NCBI GenBank assembly: GCA_963745025.1
Contig: CAVUWD010000006.1
Location: 96,001-160,000 of the forward strand
DNA from: an uncultured delta proteobacterium
GTDB taxonomy: Bacteria > Desulfobacterota > Binatia > JACPRU01
Length of the DNA stretch: 64,000 bases
Direction of reading: 5' to 3'
Shown here: in pieces, positions 32,372 through 41,327 of the stretch
Layout: every line of letters starts with the position of its first letter
Numbering within the stretch: the stretch's first letter is position 1
Program-made: the position numbers and the translations under genes
Notes under the pieces: model-generated
Told to the model about the DNA's origin: nothing
The model's input: the letters and a program-made list of their open reading frames with translations, nothing else
Databases searched by the model: none

Positions 32372-32512
32372 ATGGAGAGTGATCACGCCGTGCACGCCGT
32401 GGCGTTCCTGCAGGATCTCGCCACGGTGATGCTCGTCGCCGGCGCGGTGACGGTGCTGTTTCACCGCCTGCGCCAGCCAGTCGCGCTCGGCCATATCATT
32501 CGGCGCGGTTGA
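32372..32512 (+). pseudogene. 5' remnant of cation:proton antiporter (CPA2/Kef-like)
   Basis: HAVAFLQDLATVMLVAGAVTVLFHRLRQPVALGHI then stop; resembles the first TM of CPA2 proteins. Confidence 0.7.
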
Positions 32513-32540
32513 TACGCCGCGCGTCTTGATGGTCGTCTCC

Positions 32541-32788
32541 GTGCGCCGGTCAAAACCGGCGAGGCGCAGTGGATGAGAGTTCCATACGGTGAAACAAGGG
32601 GAATCGGCTTGAGCAAAACGCGTCCCGGACTCTGTGCCGGTCGAGCGCGCCAAGTGAGCTCGAGCGGATGCGAAGGCTGCCCGGTTGGCATGTCGCCGCT
32701 ATCACCCGAGGCAGGAGCCCGGTGCGGTAATCCCGCACGCCGGGATCTGTGCGGGGGGGCCGGGGGCAACCCCGGTCCCTACCGCGAC
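32541..32788 (+). mobile_element. internally deleted group II intron (no RT)
   Basis: 5' GTGCG at 32541; domain V GAGCCCGGTGCGGTAATCCCGCACGCCGGGATCT (32715-32748, AGC triad); domain VI ending CCCTACCGCGAC. Confidence 0.85.
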
Positions 32789-32797
32789 AGTCATGGT

Positions 32798-33190
32798 TCA
32801 ACGAGTCGCGATCTTTCGCGTGGCCTCGCTGAGCCGCTTGCGGTGCGAACGGGCGAAGTTTCTTGGCGCCTTGCCGCAACCCTTACGGGCCACGTGACGC
32901 AGCCACTCGGGATCCATATCGACAGCGTCGCACACATTCAGGAACGAAAAAGGATACGCGCGATCGTCGGAAAAAATCCAACGAGCCGCTTCGCGCCACA
33001 ACTGTTCGGGGAAGTCTACCGACACGCATCGGAGGGCATCGTCGAGGAGTGCCACCATCAACTTCCTCGGCCCTTCGGCCGGCCACACGGGTGAATCCTC
33101 AACTTGACACGGAAGCCTTGCACCCTCGGTGGAAACCGGTCTTTGCGTCATGACCTCACATTGTCCCGATAGCCACAAGTTCGACATCAT
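32798..33190 (-). CDS. conserved hypothetical protein
   Basis: GGGAGGG RBS; RKLMVALLDDA...EAARWIFSDD..YPFSFLNVCDAVDMDP.WLR. Confidence 0.75.
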   Translation of the reverse strand: MMSNLWLSGQCEVMTQRPVSTEGARLPCQVEDSPVWPAEGPRKLMVALLDDALRCVSVDFPEQLWREAARWIFSDDRAYPFSFLNVCDAVDMDPEWLRHVARKGCGKAPRNFARSHRKRLSEATRKIATR

Positions 33191-33214
33191 GGGTCCCTCC
33201 CTTTCTTCGCTTCT

Positions 33215-33257
33215 ACGTTAACTGCGCGTGGTGAATCGGCAATGACGGCGGAGTGAA
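33215..33257 (-). promoter_or_regulatory. Pho box plus -10 for gene 32798-33190
   Basis: Minus strand TTCAC-N6-GTCAT-N6-TTCAC-N10-TAACGT. Confidence 0.72.
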
Positions 33258-33260
33258 GAC

Positions 33261-33524
33261 TTGAAGGGAAAACACGAAGCGGCCGAGCCCGTTCTCGAGT
33301 GCGCTCGCACGGTGCAGCACGAGCTCGGCGACTGGCACGACCGACAGGTTCTGCAGCAGCTCATGCCCGAGTCGCTCGCCCGGCCGGAGGTCCTAATCGG
33401 AGCGGTCGAAATCGTCCGAGTCGCGCTTGCAGAGCTCGAGCGCGAGCGATGCTCCTCCCCGGCCGCCGACCGCGACGCCCGATCTAGAACACGAATCCGC
33501 TCTCGTCTTTTCACCAAGGCATAA
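33261..33524 (+). pseudogene. internally deleted copy of the CHAD gene
   Basis: MKGKHEAA joined directly to EPVLE..R.VQ.ELG.WHD of 24970-25932. Confidence 0.85.
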
Positions 33525-33563
33525 CGCGCTGATCGCCTGACCGAAACAGACGCCGTGCATCAT
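33510..33563 (+). promoter_or_regulatory. weak Pho-box-like array plus -10 upstream of acyltransferase operon
   Basis: TTCAC(33510)-ATAAC(33521)-ATCGC(33532), CATCAT at 33558 in the same register as other boxes. Confidence 0.45.
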
Positions 33564-33615
33564 TCGAGGCGTGAGGACGCGGCAAGCCGCTGATTCCTCG
33601 GGGAGGTCAGGGCGG

Positions 33616-34623
33616 ATGACGGAGCTCAGGGATCACGGCGCCTTCGAGCCATCACCCGGTGTCACGTCCGAGCCGATCGCCCCGCCCGCCGATGGCGGCG
33701 AACTCGCAGGCGAGGTTCGGAAGCTTCCCGCTGCGGCCGTGCTGGCGCGGACCGGCCCGCTCGTCGCGTTCTCGGCCGAGGCCGATGCGATCCCTCACTT
33801 GCTCTACGAGATTGGGCGACTTCGCGAGCTGACGTTCCGCGCGGTCGGCGAGGGGACGGGAAAGCGGATCGACCTCGACTGGTTCGATTCGCATTATCTT
33901 CACCTCGTGCTCTGGAACGCGGAGCGGAGCGAGGTAGTCGGGTCGTACCGTTGCGGCGCCACCGATGCGATCGTGCCACGCTTCGGGGTCGATGGCCTCT
34001 ACACCTCGACGCTTTTCGCGTACGAGGAGCCGCTCATCGCCCGGCTCGTTCCGGGGCTGGAGCTCGGCCGGTCCTTCGTGCGGCCGGAGTACCAGAGAAC
34101 GTACTCCGCGCTTTTCCTTCTCTGGCGGGGAATCGGAGAGTTCGTCGCGCGCAATCCTCGCTACAAGCTTCTCTTCGGGGCCGTCAGCGTCAGCAACGAA
34201 TTTCGCGCACATACCCAGCGGCGCATCGTCGAGTTCCTGCGCGAGGTGAGCTCGCTGCCGGCGCTGGCAAGGTTCGTGAAGTCACGTAGCCCGCTCGGGC
34301 CGAGCTTTGCGTCGTCCCGCCGGGCTCATTTCGAGCCGTCGCGTGATCTCGGTTTGCTCGAGAGAGAGGTCCGCGAGCTCGAGCGCGGGGAGCGAAGCCT
34401 GCCGGTTCTGCTGAAACAGTACCTCAAGCTCGGCGGCCGCGTGCTCGGCTTCGCCCGGGACCCGGACTTTCGCGACAGCCTCGACGCGCTAGTGCTCGTC
34501 GATCTCTCGATCGCACCGTTGGGCGCGCTCACCCGGTACATGGGCGAAGAAGGACTCCGCGCATTCCTCGAGTATCACCGTCCGAGCCACACGCGACGGG
34601 ACGAATGCTGGCCGTCGCGATGA
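33616..34623 (+). CDS. GNAT-family N-acyltransferase (OlsB/OlsF-like, Acetyltransf_5)
   Basis: EIGRLRELTFRAVGEGTG, DLDWFD, VVGSYR, LELGRSFVRPEYQ, LPVLLKQYLKLG. Confidence 0.85.
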   Translation: MTELRDHGAFEPSPGVTSEPIAPPADGGELAGEVRKLPAAAVLARTGPLVAFSAEADAIPHLLYEIGRLRELTFRAVGEGTGKRIDLDWFDSHYLHLVLWNAERSEVVGSYRCGATDAIVPRFGVDGLYTSTLFAYEEPLIARLVPGLELGRSFVRPEYQRTYSALFLLWRGIGEFVARNPRYKLLFGAVSVSNEFRAHTQRRIVEFLREVSSLPALARFVKSRSPLGPSFASSRRAHFEPSRDLGLLEREVRELERGERSLPVLLKQYLKLGGRVLGFARDPDFRDSLDALVLVDLSIAPLGALTRYMGEEGLRAFLEYHRPSHTRRDECWPSR

Positions 34624-35789
34624 GAGCAAAGGACGTTGCTCGGCGGCGAATCGCCGAAGCCGCCGATTCACTCGTGGAGCTCAGCCATCGGATCCACGCC
34701 AACCCGGAGGTCGGCTTCGAGGAGGTGCAGGCTTCCGCATGGCTCGCTCGGGAGCTCGAGCGAGGCGGATTCGACGTCGACCTCGGCGTCTTCGAGCTGC
34801 CAACCGCCCTGATCGCGCGTACCGGGCGCGGGGCGCTCGAGCTCGCGATTTGTGCCGAATACGATGCCCTTCCCGAGATCGGCCATGCCTGCGGCCACAA
34901 TCTGATCGCGGCCATCGCGCTCGGCGCTGGGCTCGGTCTTCGCGAGCTCGTCGACGACCTCGGCATCACGTTGACGATCATCGGCACGCCGGCCGAAGAG
35001 TTCGGCAACGGCAAGGCACTCCTACTCGAGCGCGGAGGCTTCGACGACGTCGATGCGGCTCTCATGGTTCATCCCGCACCGGTCGACGTCGCCGAGCCGC
35101 CGCTGCTCGCCTTCGCGCAGTTCGACGTCGAGTATTCGGGCGAGTCCGCCGATGCGTTCGGAGCGCCCGAGCTAGGCGTCGACGCCGCCGCGGCGTTGAC
35201 GATCGCGCAGGTCGCGATCGGGCTCCTGCGACCCCGCCTCCAAGCGACCGATCGGGTGCACGGCATCCTCACCCGCGCGGGCACCACGCCGGAACGGATC
35301 ACCGATCGGGCTCACGGCACCTACATGGTCCGAGCGAGGAACCTCGCGAACCTCGTCGTGCTGGAATCGTGCGTCCGGCGCTGCTTCGAAGCCGGCGCGC
35401 TCGCCGCGGGTGCACGTCTGCGCCTCTGCGAGCCCCACGAACCGTATGCCGAGATGCGGCACGATCACGAGCTCTCCGAGCTCTATCGACGAAACGCCGA
35501 AGCGCTCGGCCGCCAGTTTCCGGACCTCGGAGATCTACTCGAACGGGGAACCGGATCGACGGACATGGGCAACGTGTCGCAGGTCTTGCCTGCGATCCAT
35601 CCGGCGATCGGCATCGATTCGCTCCCGGCCGCGAATCATCAGCCCGAATTCACTGCGCACTGCGTGAGCCCGGCCGCCGATCGCGCCATTCTCGATGGAG
35701 CCGCGGCCCTAGCCGGTACGGTGATCGACATCGGGGGCGACGAAGCGCTGCGTGCTCGTCTTCGCGCTCGGGGGAAACGTCGACCATGA
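34620..35789 (+). CDS. M20 family amidohydrolase (PM20D2/AbgB-like)
   Basis: AEYDALP..GHACGHN, GTPAEE, GSTDMGNVS; ATGA overlap. Confidence 0.9.
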   Translation: MRAKDVARRRIAEAADSLVELSHRIHANPEVGFEEVQASAWLARELERGGFDVDLGVFELPTALIARTGRGALELAICAEYDALPEIGHACGHNLIAAIALGAGLGLRELVDDLGITLTIIGTPAEEFGNGKALLLERGGFDDVDAALMVHPAPVDVAEPPLLAFAQFDVEYSGESADAFGAPELGVDAAAALTIAQVAIGLLRPRLQATDRVHGILTRAGTTPERITDRAHGTYMVRARNLANLVVLESCVRRCFEAGALAAGARLRLCEPHEPYAEMRHDHELSELYRRNAEALGRQFPDLGDLLERGTGSTDMGNVSQVLPAIHPAIGIDSLPAANHQPEFTAHCVSPAADRAILDGAAALAGTVIDIGGDEALRARLRARGKRRP

Positions 35790-35910
35790 CGGGGCGTGAA
35801 GCGGTGGGCGAGACGGTGGCCGTGGCCGAGCCCAGGCTGTTCTTCTTCCGCAAGTTTCTCCGCGAAGGCCGTCGCGTCGCGAGCTTCGCGCCCTCGAGCC
35901 GTAGCCTCCC
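35786..35910 (+). pseudogene. 5' remnant of PmtA/OlsG-like lipid N-methyltransferase, in frame with downstream acyltransferase
   Basis: LFFFRKFLREGRRVASFAPSSRSL; the SAM-binding motif is absent; ATGA overlap with M20 stop. Confidence 0.6.
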
Positions 35911-36022
35911 ACGCGCCGCGCCCCGGGGCGGCCGCCGCGAAGCGCCGGGGTTCGATGGTCGTGCGCAGCCCGAGGATCGGCCGCCGACACCGAGCGCGAG
36001 CGAGCACGCGCACGTCGCCATC

Positions 36023-36877
36023 ATGAAGATTCGCGCCACCGTACGCCTTCTCCTCTTGGCCGTGCTGGTCACGGCCGGCAATGTCTTCGCGAGGATTCGC
36101 CTCGCTCGCTCGGGCGCCCCGCACGCTCGCGCGCGCGAGATCTTCCACCACCTCTCGGGCGCGCTCGTGCGTCTCCTCGGCCTCCGCGTCGAGCGCAGCG
36201 GCAGGCTCCCACGCGGCCTCTGCGTCGTCGTCGCCAATCACCGCTCGTACGTCGACATCCCGCTGATGATGTCACAGACGCCCTCGACGTTTCTCGCCAA
36301 GTCGGAGCTCGCGCGCTGGCCGCTCTTCGGCGCCGCCGCTCGCCTCTGCGGCACCGTGTTCGTCGAACGCGACGACCGCGGGTCGCGCAAACGGGCGCTC
36401 GAGCACCTCGGCGGCCTGCTCGACGGCGGCGAGCGCATCATCGTCTTTCCCGAAGGAACTACGTCGACCGGCCCGGGCTGCCTCCCGTTTCGCCCCGGGG
36501 TGTTTCGTCTGGCCGCCGCGAAGGGCATCGCGGTCGTGCCGGTCGCCATCGCCTATCACGACGCACGCGATGCGTGGGTCGACGATGCGAGCTTCGTCGA
36601 CCATTTTCTCGAGCGTTTCGACGAGCGCCGGATGCGCGTCGTCGTCGCCATCGGGCCGCCGCTCTTCGCAGACGACGCCGAAGCCTTGAAGCAGGCCGCC
36701 GAGCAATGGATCTCGGAGCGCCTAATGATCCACGACCAGGTGATGGGCCTCCGCCGAGCCCGAGCCGAGCGTCTGCGCCTCGCTCGCGTCCGCGAGTCTG
36801 CCGTAGGCACACCCCCTCTGCTGCAATTTTCTTCCCCGACAGGCAGAATGGTGCCGGATTCGATTCCGCCACCATGA
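36023..36877 (+). CDS. lysophospholipid acyltransferase (PlsC/OlsA-like)
   Basis: NHRSYVD (HX4D), FLAKSE, FVER, FPEGT. Confidence 0.9.
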   Translation: MKIRATVRLLLLAVLVTAGNVFARIRLARSGAPHARAREIFHHLSGALVRLLGLRVERSGRLPRGLCVVVANHRSYVDIPLMMSQTPSTFLAKSELARWPLFGAAARLCGTVFVERDDRGSRKRALEHLGGLLDGGERIIVFPEGTTSTGPGCLPFRPGVFRLAAAKGIAVVPVAIAYHDARDAWVDDASFVDHFLERFDERRMRVVVAIGPPLFADDAEALKQAAEQWISERLMIHDQVMGLRRARAERLRLARVRESAVGTPPLLQFSSPTGRMVPDSIPPP

Positions 36878-38430
36878 AGATCGCCGCGATCGACATCGGC
36901 TCGAACTCGATTCACATGGTGATCGCCCGTGTCGGGCGCACGCGCTTCGAGATCGTCGATCGCGCGAAGGAGATGGTCGGGCTCGGGCGCTCGACGCTCA
37001 GCACCGGGCGGCTCTCGCCGGCCGCAATCGACGTCGGCTTCCGGACGCTCGAGACCTTCAAGCGCCTCGCCGAGAAGCACGGCGCCGATCCGATCCTCGC
37101 CGTGGCGACGAGCGCGGTGCGAGAGGCCAAGAACGGCGGCGAGTTCGCGCTCCGCGTCTGGGACCGCCTCGGGCTCCACGTCGACGTGATCACCGGCGCC
37201 GAGGAAGCGCGGCTGATCTTCCTCGCCGCGGCGCACGCGGTCGACTTTCGCCGCCAGCGGCCGATCGTCATCGACATCGGCGGCGGTAGCGTCGAGATCA
37301 TCGCGGGCCAAGGCGCGCAGATCCGTTGGATCGAGAGCCTGAAGCTCGGCGTGGTGCGCTTGACCGAGCGCTTTCTGAGCGCCGATCCTCCCGAACCACG
37401 GGAGATCGCCGCGCTTCGCGCTCATATCGACCGCATGCTGGCTCCCGTGTTTCGGCGCGCACGAAGGTTCCGGCCGTCGCTCCTCGTCGGCACCTCCGGC
37501 ACGCTTCTGAATCTCACCGCCATGGCGGCCTCGCTCGAGACCGGCAAGGCGCCGGCGCGCATCCACAACCGCACGCTTCGCCTCCGGCGGCTCGCCGCCG
37601 TCCGCGAGCAGGTTCTCGCGTGCGACGCCGACGAGCGCTCCGAGCTCGCCGGCCTCGACCGCCGCCGCGTCGATTTGATCCCCGCCGGCGCGGTGCTGGC
37701 GGAGAGGTTGATCGAGGGCTTCGGTCTGGACGAGCTCCGTGCGTGCGACTGGGCGCTGCGCGAAGGCATTCTTCTCGACTTCATCGCCAGCCATGCCGAC
37801 GAGGTGGCCGCCACCGACCGGGTTCCGGACCTCCGGCGCCGGAGCGTTCTTCAGCTCGCCGAGCGCCTCCGCTCCGATGCGGCGCATGGACGACACGTCG
37901 CCGCTCTCGCGCTCAAGCTCTTCGACTCGATCCGCAGCCTGCACCGCCTCGGGCGCCGCGAACGCGAGCTCCTCGAGTTCGCCGCGTTACTCCACGACGT
38001 CGGCCTCTACGTGAGTCACAGCAAGCACCACCGCCATTCGCAGTATCTGATCACCCACGGGGAGCTTCGCGGCTTCGCGCCCGAGGAGATTGCCGTAGTC
38101 GCGGCGATCGCCCGATTCCACAAGGGGGCGCCGCCGAAGCCGTCGCATGAAGAGCTGACCGAGCTCTCGCCCGAGGCCCGGCGGCTGGTGATCCAGCTGA
38201 CGGCGATACTCCGTGTCGCCGACAGCTTCGACCGCAGTCACCACGGCGTCGTTCGCGACCTGAGCGTCGCGCGAAGGAACGGCCGGCTGCGCATCCGACT
38301 CGATACGGCCGGTCGCGACGCGGCCCTCGAGCTCTGGGGAGCCGAGCGCAAGTCCGATCTCTGGGAGAAGTGCTTCGGCGTCGACCTCGAGTTCGAGTTG
38401 GACCGCGAGCGAAAGGAGTCGCTGCGCTGA
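36874..38430 (+). CDS. ppx: exopolyphosphatase / pppGpp phosphohydrolase
   Basis: AAIDIGSNSIHM, ATSAVREA, DIGGGSVE, ALREG, C-terminal HD domain. Confidence 0.95.
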   Translation: MKIAAIDIGSNSIHMVIARVGRTRFEIVDRAKEMVGLGRSTLSTGRLSPAAIDVGFRTLETFKRLAEKHGADPILAVATSAVREAKNGGEFALRVWDRLGLHVDVITGAEEARLIFLAAAHAVDFRRQRPIVIDIGGGSVEIIAGQGAQIRWIESLKLGVVRLTERFLSADPPEPREIAALRAHIDRMLAPVFRRARRFRPSLLVGTSGTLLNLTAMAASLETGKAPARIHNRTLRLRRLAAVREQVLACDADERSELAGLDRRRVDLIPAGAVLAERLIEGFGLDELRACDWALREGILLDFIASHADEVAATDRVPDLRRRSVLQLAERLRSDAAHGRHVAALALKLFDSIRSLHRLGRRERELLEFAALLHDVGLYVSHSKHHRHSQYLITHGELRGFAPEEIAVVAAIARFHKGAPPKPSHEELTELSPEARRLVIQLTAILRVADSFDRSHHGVVRDLSVARRNGRLRIRLDTAGRDAALELWGAERKSDLWEKCFGVDLEFELDRERKESLR

Positions 38431-38699
38431 GCCGGCGGCGCGCCGAAGCTCGAGCCCACACTGCCCGCAAGAAGCTGCGGCGAGGTCAGCGCGGCGCGCG
38501 GCCGCGGCAAATCGGCCCACGCGAAGCGCGAGCGGCTCGAGTTCTCGCCGGCCGCGGCAGGCGTCGGCAGGGCACGGCCGCGCCGAGCGGCGCACCGCGT
38601 CGAGATCGAGCCCGTCTCGACCGGGAGCTCGCACCTCGCCCGGACGCAGCTTGACCGCATCCACCCGCGCTCGCCTGGCCGGAGCGACTGCGACGGCCC

Positions 38700-38835
38700 G
38701 GGAAGTGTCGAGATAGATGGTCTCGAGATCGCGAACGCCGACCGGGCGGACATGGTACCGCCCCAAGCGCTTGCGTCGCACGAGCGAGTCGAAAATCGCT
38801 CGACTCGGCGCTTCGAGCTTGGCCTCGACTTCCAT
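38700..38835 (-). pseudogene. 5' remnant of CYTH-domain protein
   Basis: MEVEAKL (ExExK)...ETIYLDT, similarity then lost. Confidence 0.6.
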
Positions 38836-38904
38836 CCTCGCAGTTGGCCCGGCAGAAGACTTCGTGGCTCAATACGGGCTAGAAGGGGCAGAAGGATCTC
38901 TACC

Positions 38905-39405
38905 ATGGAACTTTATCTCGTTCGCCATGCAATCGCCGAGGAATCGTCGTCGACGGGGCGAGACGCCGATCGCGCTCTCACCAGAGACGGCGAGGCGAAG
39001 ATGCGGCGTATCGCGGAGGGCCTGCGCGCGATCGAGGTGCGGCTCGATCTCATCCTCACCAGCCCGTACCGCCGCGCGGCCGAGACGGCAGACGTCCTCG
39101 CAACGGTGCTCGGCGGCGTGGAACGGCAGGTGCTCGAGGAGCTGGCAGCCGCCGCGAGCATGGCCGGGCTCCTCGCCGCGCTTCGGCCGTACCGGCAGGT
39201 CGAGGCGCTCGCCCTGGTTGGTCATCAACCGGACCTCGGGCATCTCGCCTCGCAGATCATGACCGGCGCGCCCGATCTCTGCCCGCTGCCGTTCAAGAAA
39301 GGCTCCGTGGCCTGCCTCGAGATCGCTTCCCAGCGCGGCAACCTGCGCGGAGAGCTCGCCTGGTTCATGACCCCCAAGCAGCTCCGCGCGCTGAGCGAAA
39401 CCTGA
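38905..39405 (+). CDS. sixA: phosphohistidine phosphatase SixA
   Basis: LYLVRHAIAE, DRALT..G, TSPYRRAAETA, LVGHQPDL. Confidence 0.9.
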   Translation: MELYLVRHAIAEESSSTGRDADRALTRDGEAKMRRIAEGLRAIEVRLDLILTSPYRRAAETADVLATVLGGVERQVLEELAAAASMAGLLAALRPYRQVEALALVGHQPDLGHLASQIMTGAPDLCPLPFKKGSVACLEIASQRGNLRGELAWFMTPKQLRALSET

Positions 39406-39426
39406 CCCCTGAAAAGCGGAGCCGAT

Positions 39427-39467
39427 CCCTCTTCTCGAGCCAACGAAGAGGGACCCGGTCTCTTTTT
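39427..39467. terminator. putative terminator hairpin between convergent sixA and Nudix genes
   Basis: TCCCTCTTC...GAAGAGGGA followed by T-run. Confidence 0.45.
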
Positions 39468-39470
39468 GGG

Positions 39471-40067
39471 TCAGCCGCGGCTGACGACGCCCAGAAAGCT
39501 CTGAATCATGCGGAAGGTCAGCCCCCAGATCGTGCGGTCCCGGTAGATGTACGCCGGCAAGCGCATCGGCTGGCCGTTGATGAAGTACTCGACGATCGAC
39601 TCGTTGGCGGAATCCGCCAGAAACTCGAGCGGAACCCAGAGAACACTCTGGACCTCGTGGTTCGGCCGCGCCTCGACCGGTTCCTCCAGCGCGAATACAA
39701 ACGGGCTGATCACCAGCGGGAGCTGGTGACCGCGCGCGACGCCTTGAACCTCGTCGATCGGACCGATCAGCCGGCCGTGATGGCGCAGATCGATCCCGAC
39801 CTCCTCGTGAACTTCGCGCAACACCGTCTGGAGCACGTCCGGGTCGTCGGGGTCCTTGCGGCCGCCGGGAAAGCCCATGTGTCCCGACCAGGGATCCGCC
39901 TCGTGCTCGGCGCGATGGATGAAGAAGAGATGGACGTCGTCGGCTCTGGGCTCGAGAACCAGGGCCACCGCGGCGCGCGACGGCTCGCCATCGAGCGAGA
40001 CCCGCTGCGCACGGTGGCCGCGCAGCGCGCGCTCGAGTTCCTCGAGCTTCTTTCGCGAAGCTTCCAT
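39471..40067 (-). CDS. Nudix hydrolase, CoA pyrophosphatase family
   Basis: DPWSGHMGFPGG...LREVHEEVG, IWGLT. Confidence 0.9.
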   Translation of the reverse strand: MEASRKKLEELERALRGHRAQRVSLDGEPSRAAVALVLEPRADDVHLFFIHRAEHEADPWSGHMGFPGGRKDPDDPDVLQTVLREVHEEVGIDLRHHGRLIGPIDEVQGVARGHQLPLVISPFVFALEEPVEARPNHEVQSVLWVPLEFLADSANESIVEYFINGQPMRLPAYIYRDRTIWGLTFRMIQSFLGVVSRG

Positions 40068-40153
40068 CCACGGCAATCTTGCCACCGCGCGCGCGGGGAT
40101 ACTACTGGCTGTCGCGTTGCGAGCCGCCGAGAGCCGCGTAAGTCTCCGGACGC

Positions 40154-40762
40154 TCAGAGCTGGGCCGCGGCCTTTGCGAACGCCCGGAGCAGCTCGTCGT
40201 AGGTTCTCGTCACGGGAAACTGCGGGAAGTCTCGTACGACGTTGTCGGGCGGTCGGAAGAGTATTCCCGAATCTGCCGCGGCGAGCATGCCCGTATCGTT
40301 GTACGAGTCGCCCGCGGCGATCACCCGAAACGCGAGGCTGTGCAGTGCCTCGACCGCTTTCCGCTTGCCGTCCTTTTGGCGCAAACGGTAGCCGGTAATT
40401 CGACCCGCACGGTCGATCTCGAGCGTGTTGCAAAACAGCGTTGGCCAGCCGAGCTTGCGCATCAGCGGCTGGGAGAACTGGTCGAAGGTGTCGGAAAGAA
40501 CGATGACCGAACAGGATTCCCGGAGCCCATCGAGAAACGCCGACGCACCTTCGAGGGGTTCCATCGTCCCGATCACCTGCTGGATGTCGGCGAGCTTCAA
40601 GCCGTGGCGATCGAGGATCTCGATCCGCCCGCGCATGAGCTTGTCGTAATCCGGCTCGTCGCGCGTCGTGCGCTGGAGCGCTTCTATCCCGGTGCTGATC
40701 GCCACGTTGATCCAAATTTCAGGGACCAGCACTCCTTCGAGATCGAGGCAGGCGATGTGCAC
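40154..40762 (-). CDS. thrH: phosphoserine phosphatase / homoserine phosphotransferase
   Basis: [31 protein letters not shown]. Confidence 0.95.
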   Translation of the reverse strand: MHIACLDLEGVLVPEIWINVAISTGIEALQRTTRDEPDYDKLMRGRIEILDRHGLKLADIQQVIGTMEPLEGASAFLDGLRESCSVIVLSDTFDQFSQPLMRKLGWPTLFCNTLEIDRAGRITGYRLRQKDGKRKAVEALHSLAFRVIAAGDSYNDTGMLAAADSGILFRPPDNVVRDFPQFPVTRTYDELLRAFAKAAAQL

Positions 40763-40858
40763 GGGATGGACCCTATTTCATGTTGCCGGAGGCGCGCAAA
40801 GCCACGCAATGCCAGGATGCTTGTGAATGTCCCCTGACGACGGCTAGGCTCCGAATCG

Positions 40859-41317
40859 GTGAGATCGCGAACCTCCTTCCAACGCGTGGCAACGGTTTTC
40901 GCCCTGGCAATCTTCGCCGATCTCGCCCTGGCGGCTCCCGCCACGACGGTTCGCGTTCAGTTTCAGGATGGCGCGCTTTCCCTCGTCGCGAGAGCCGCAA
41001 CCGCGGCCGACGTCTTCAAGGCAGTCGCCGACGAGACCGGCGTGCGCTTCGTCGTCGACGCCGAGATCAAACCCGATCCGATCACGATCGACATCGACGC
41101 CATGCCGCTCGAGCGAGCGATCCGCAACCTCCTGACCGTGATTCCCCAGGCCGCCGGGCACACGATGACATACACGCGCGATGGACGCGGCCCACCCCAG
41201 CTGGTGCAGGTGACTCTCTTCGGGCCGGGTAAGGCGCCCGCGGGGGGCCGAGCGACGGTTTATTCCGCCTCCGGACAAGACACGTCGCTTCCGCGGCCGA
41301 CACCGCCGACGCACTGA
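40859..41317 (+). CDS. secreted hypothetical protein (secretin-N/STN-like domain)
   Basis: Signal peptide; LSLVA..A....VF.AVA..TGV.F...ITIDI..MPLE.AI. Confidence 0.6.
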   Translation: MRSRTSFQRVATVFALAIFADLALAAPATTVRVQFQDGALSLVARAATAADVFKAVADETGVRFVVDAEIKPDPITIDIDAMPLERAIRNLLTVIPQAAGHTMTYTRDGRGPPQLVQVTLFGPGKAPAGGRATVYSASGQDTSLPRPTPPTH

Positions 41318-41327
41318 GCGATTCCTC

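Noticed and set aside
32541-32788. Retron, DGR or active retroelement
   Set aside because: No reverse transcriptase ORF in the window; only intron RNA termini remain
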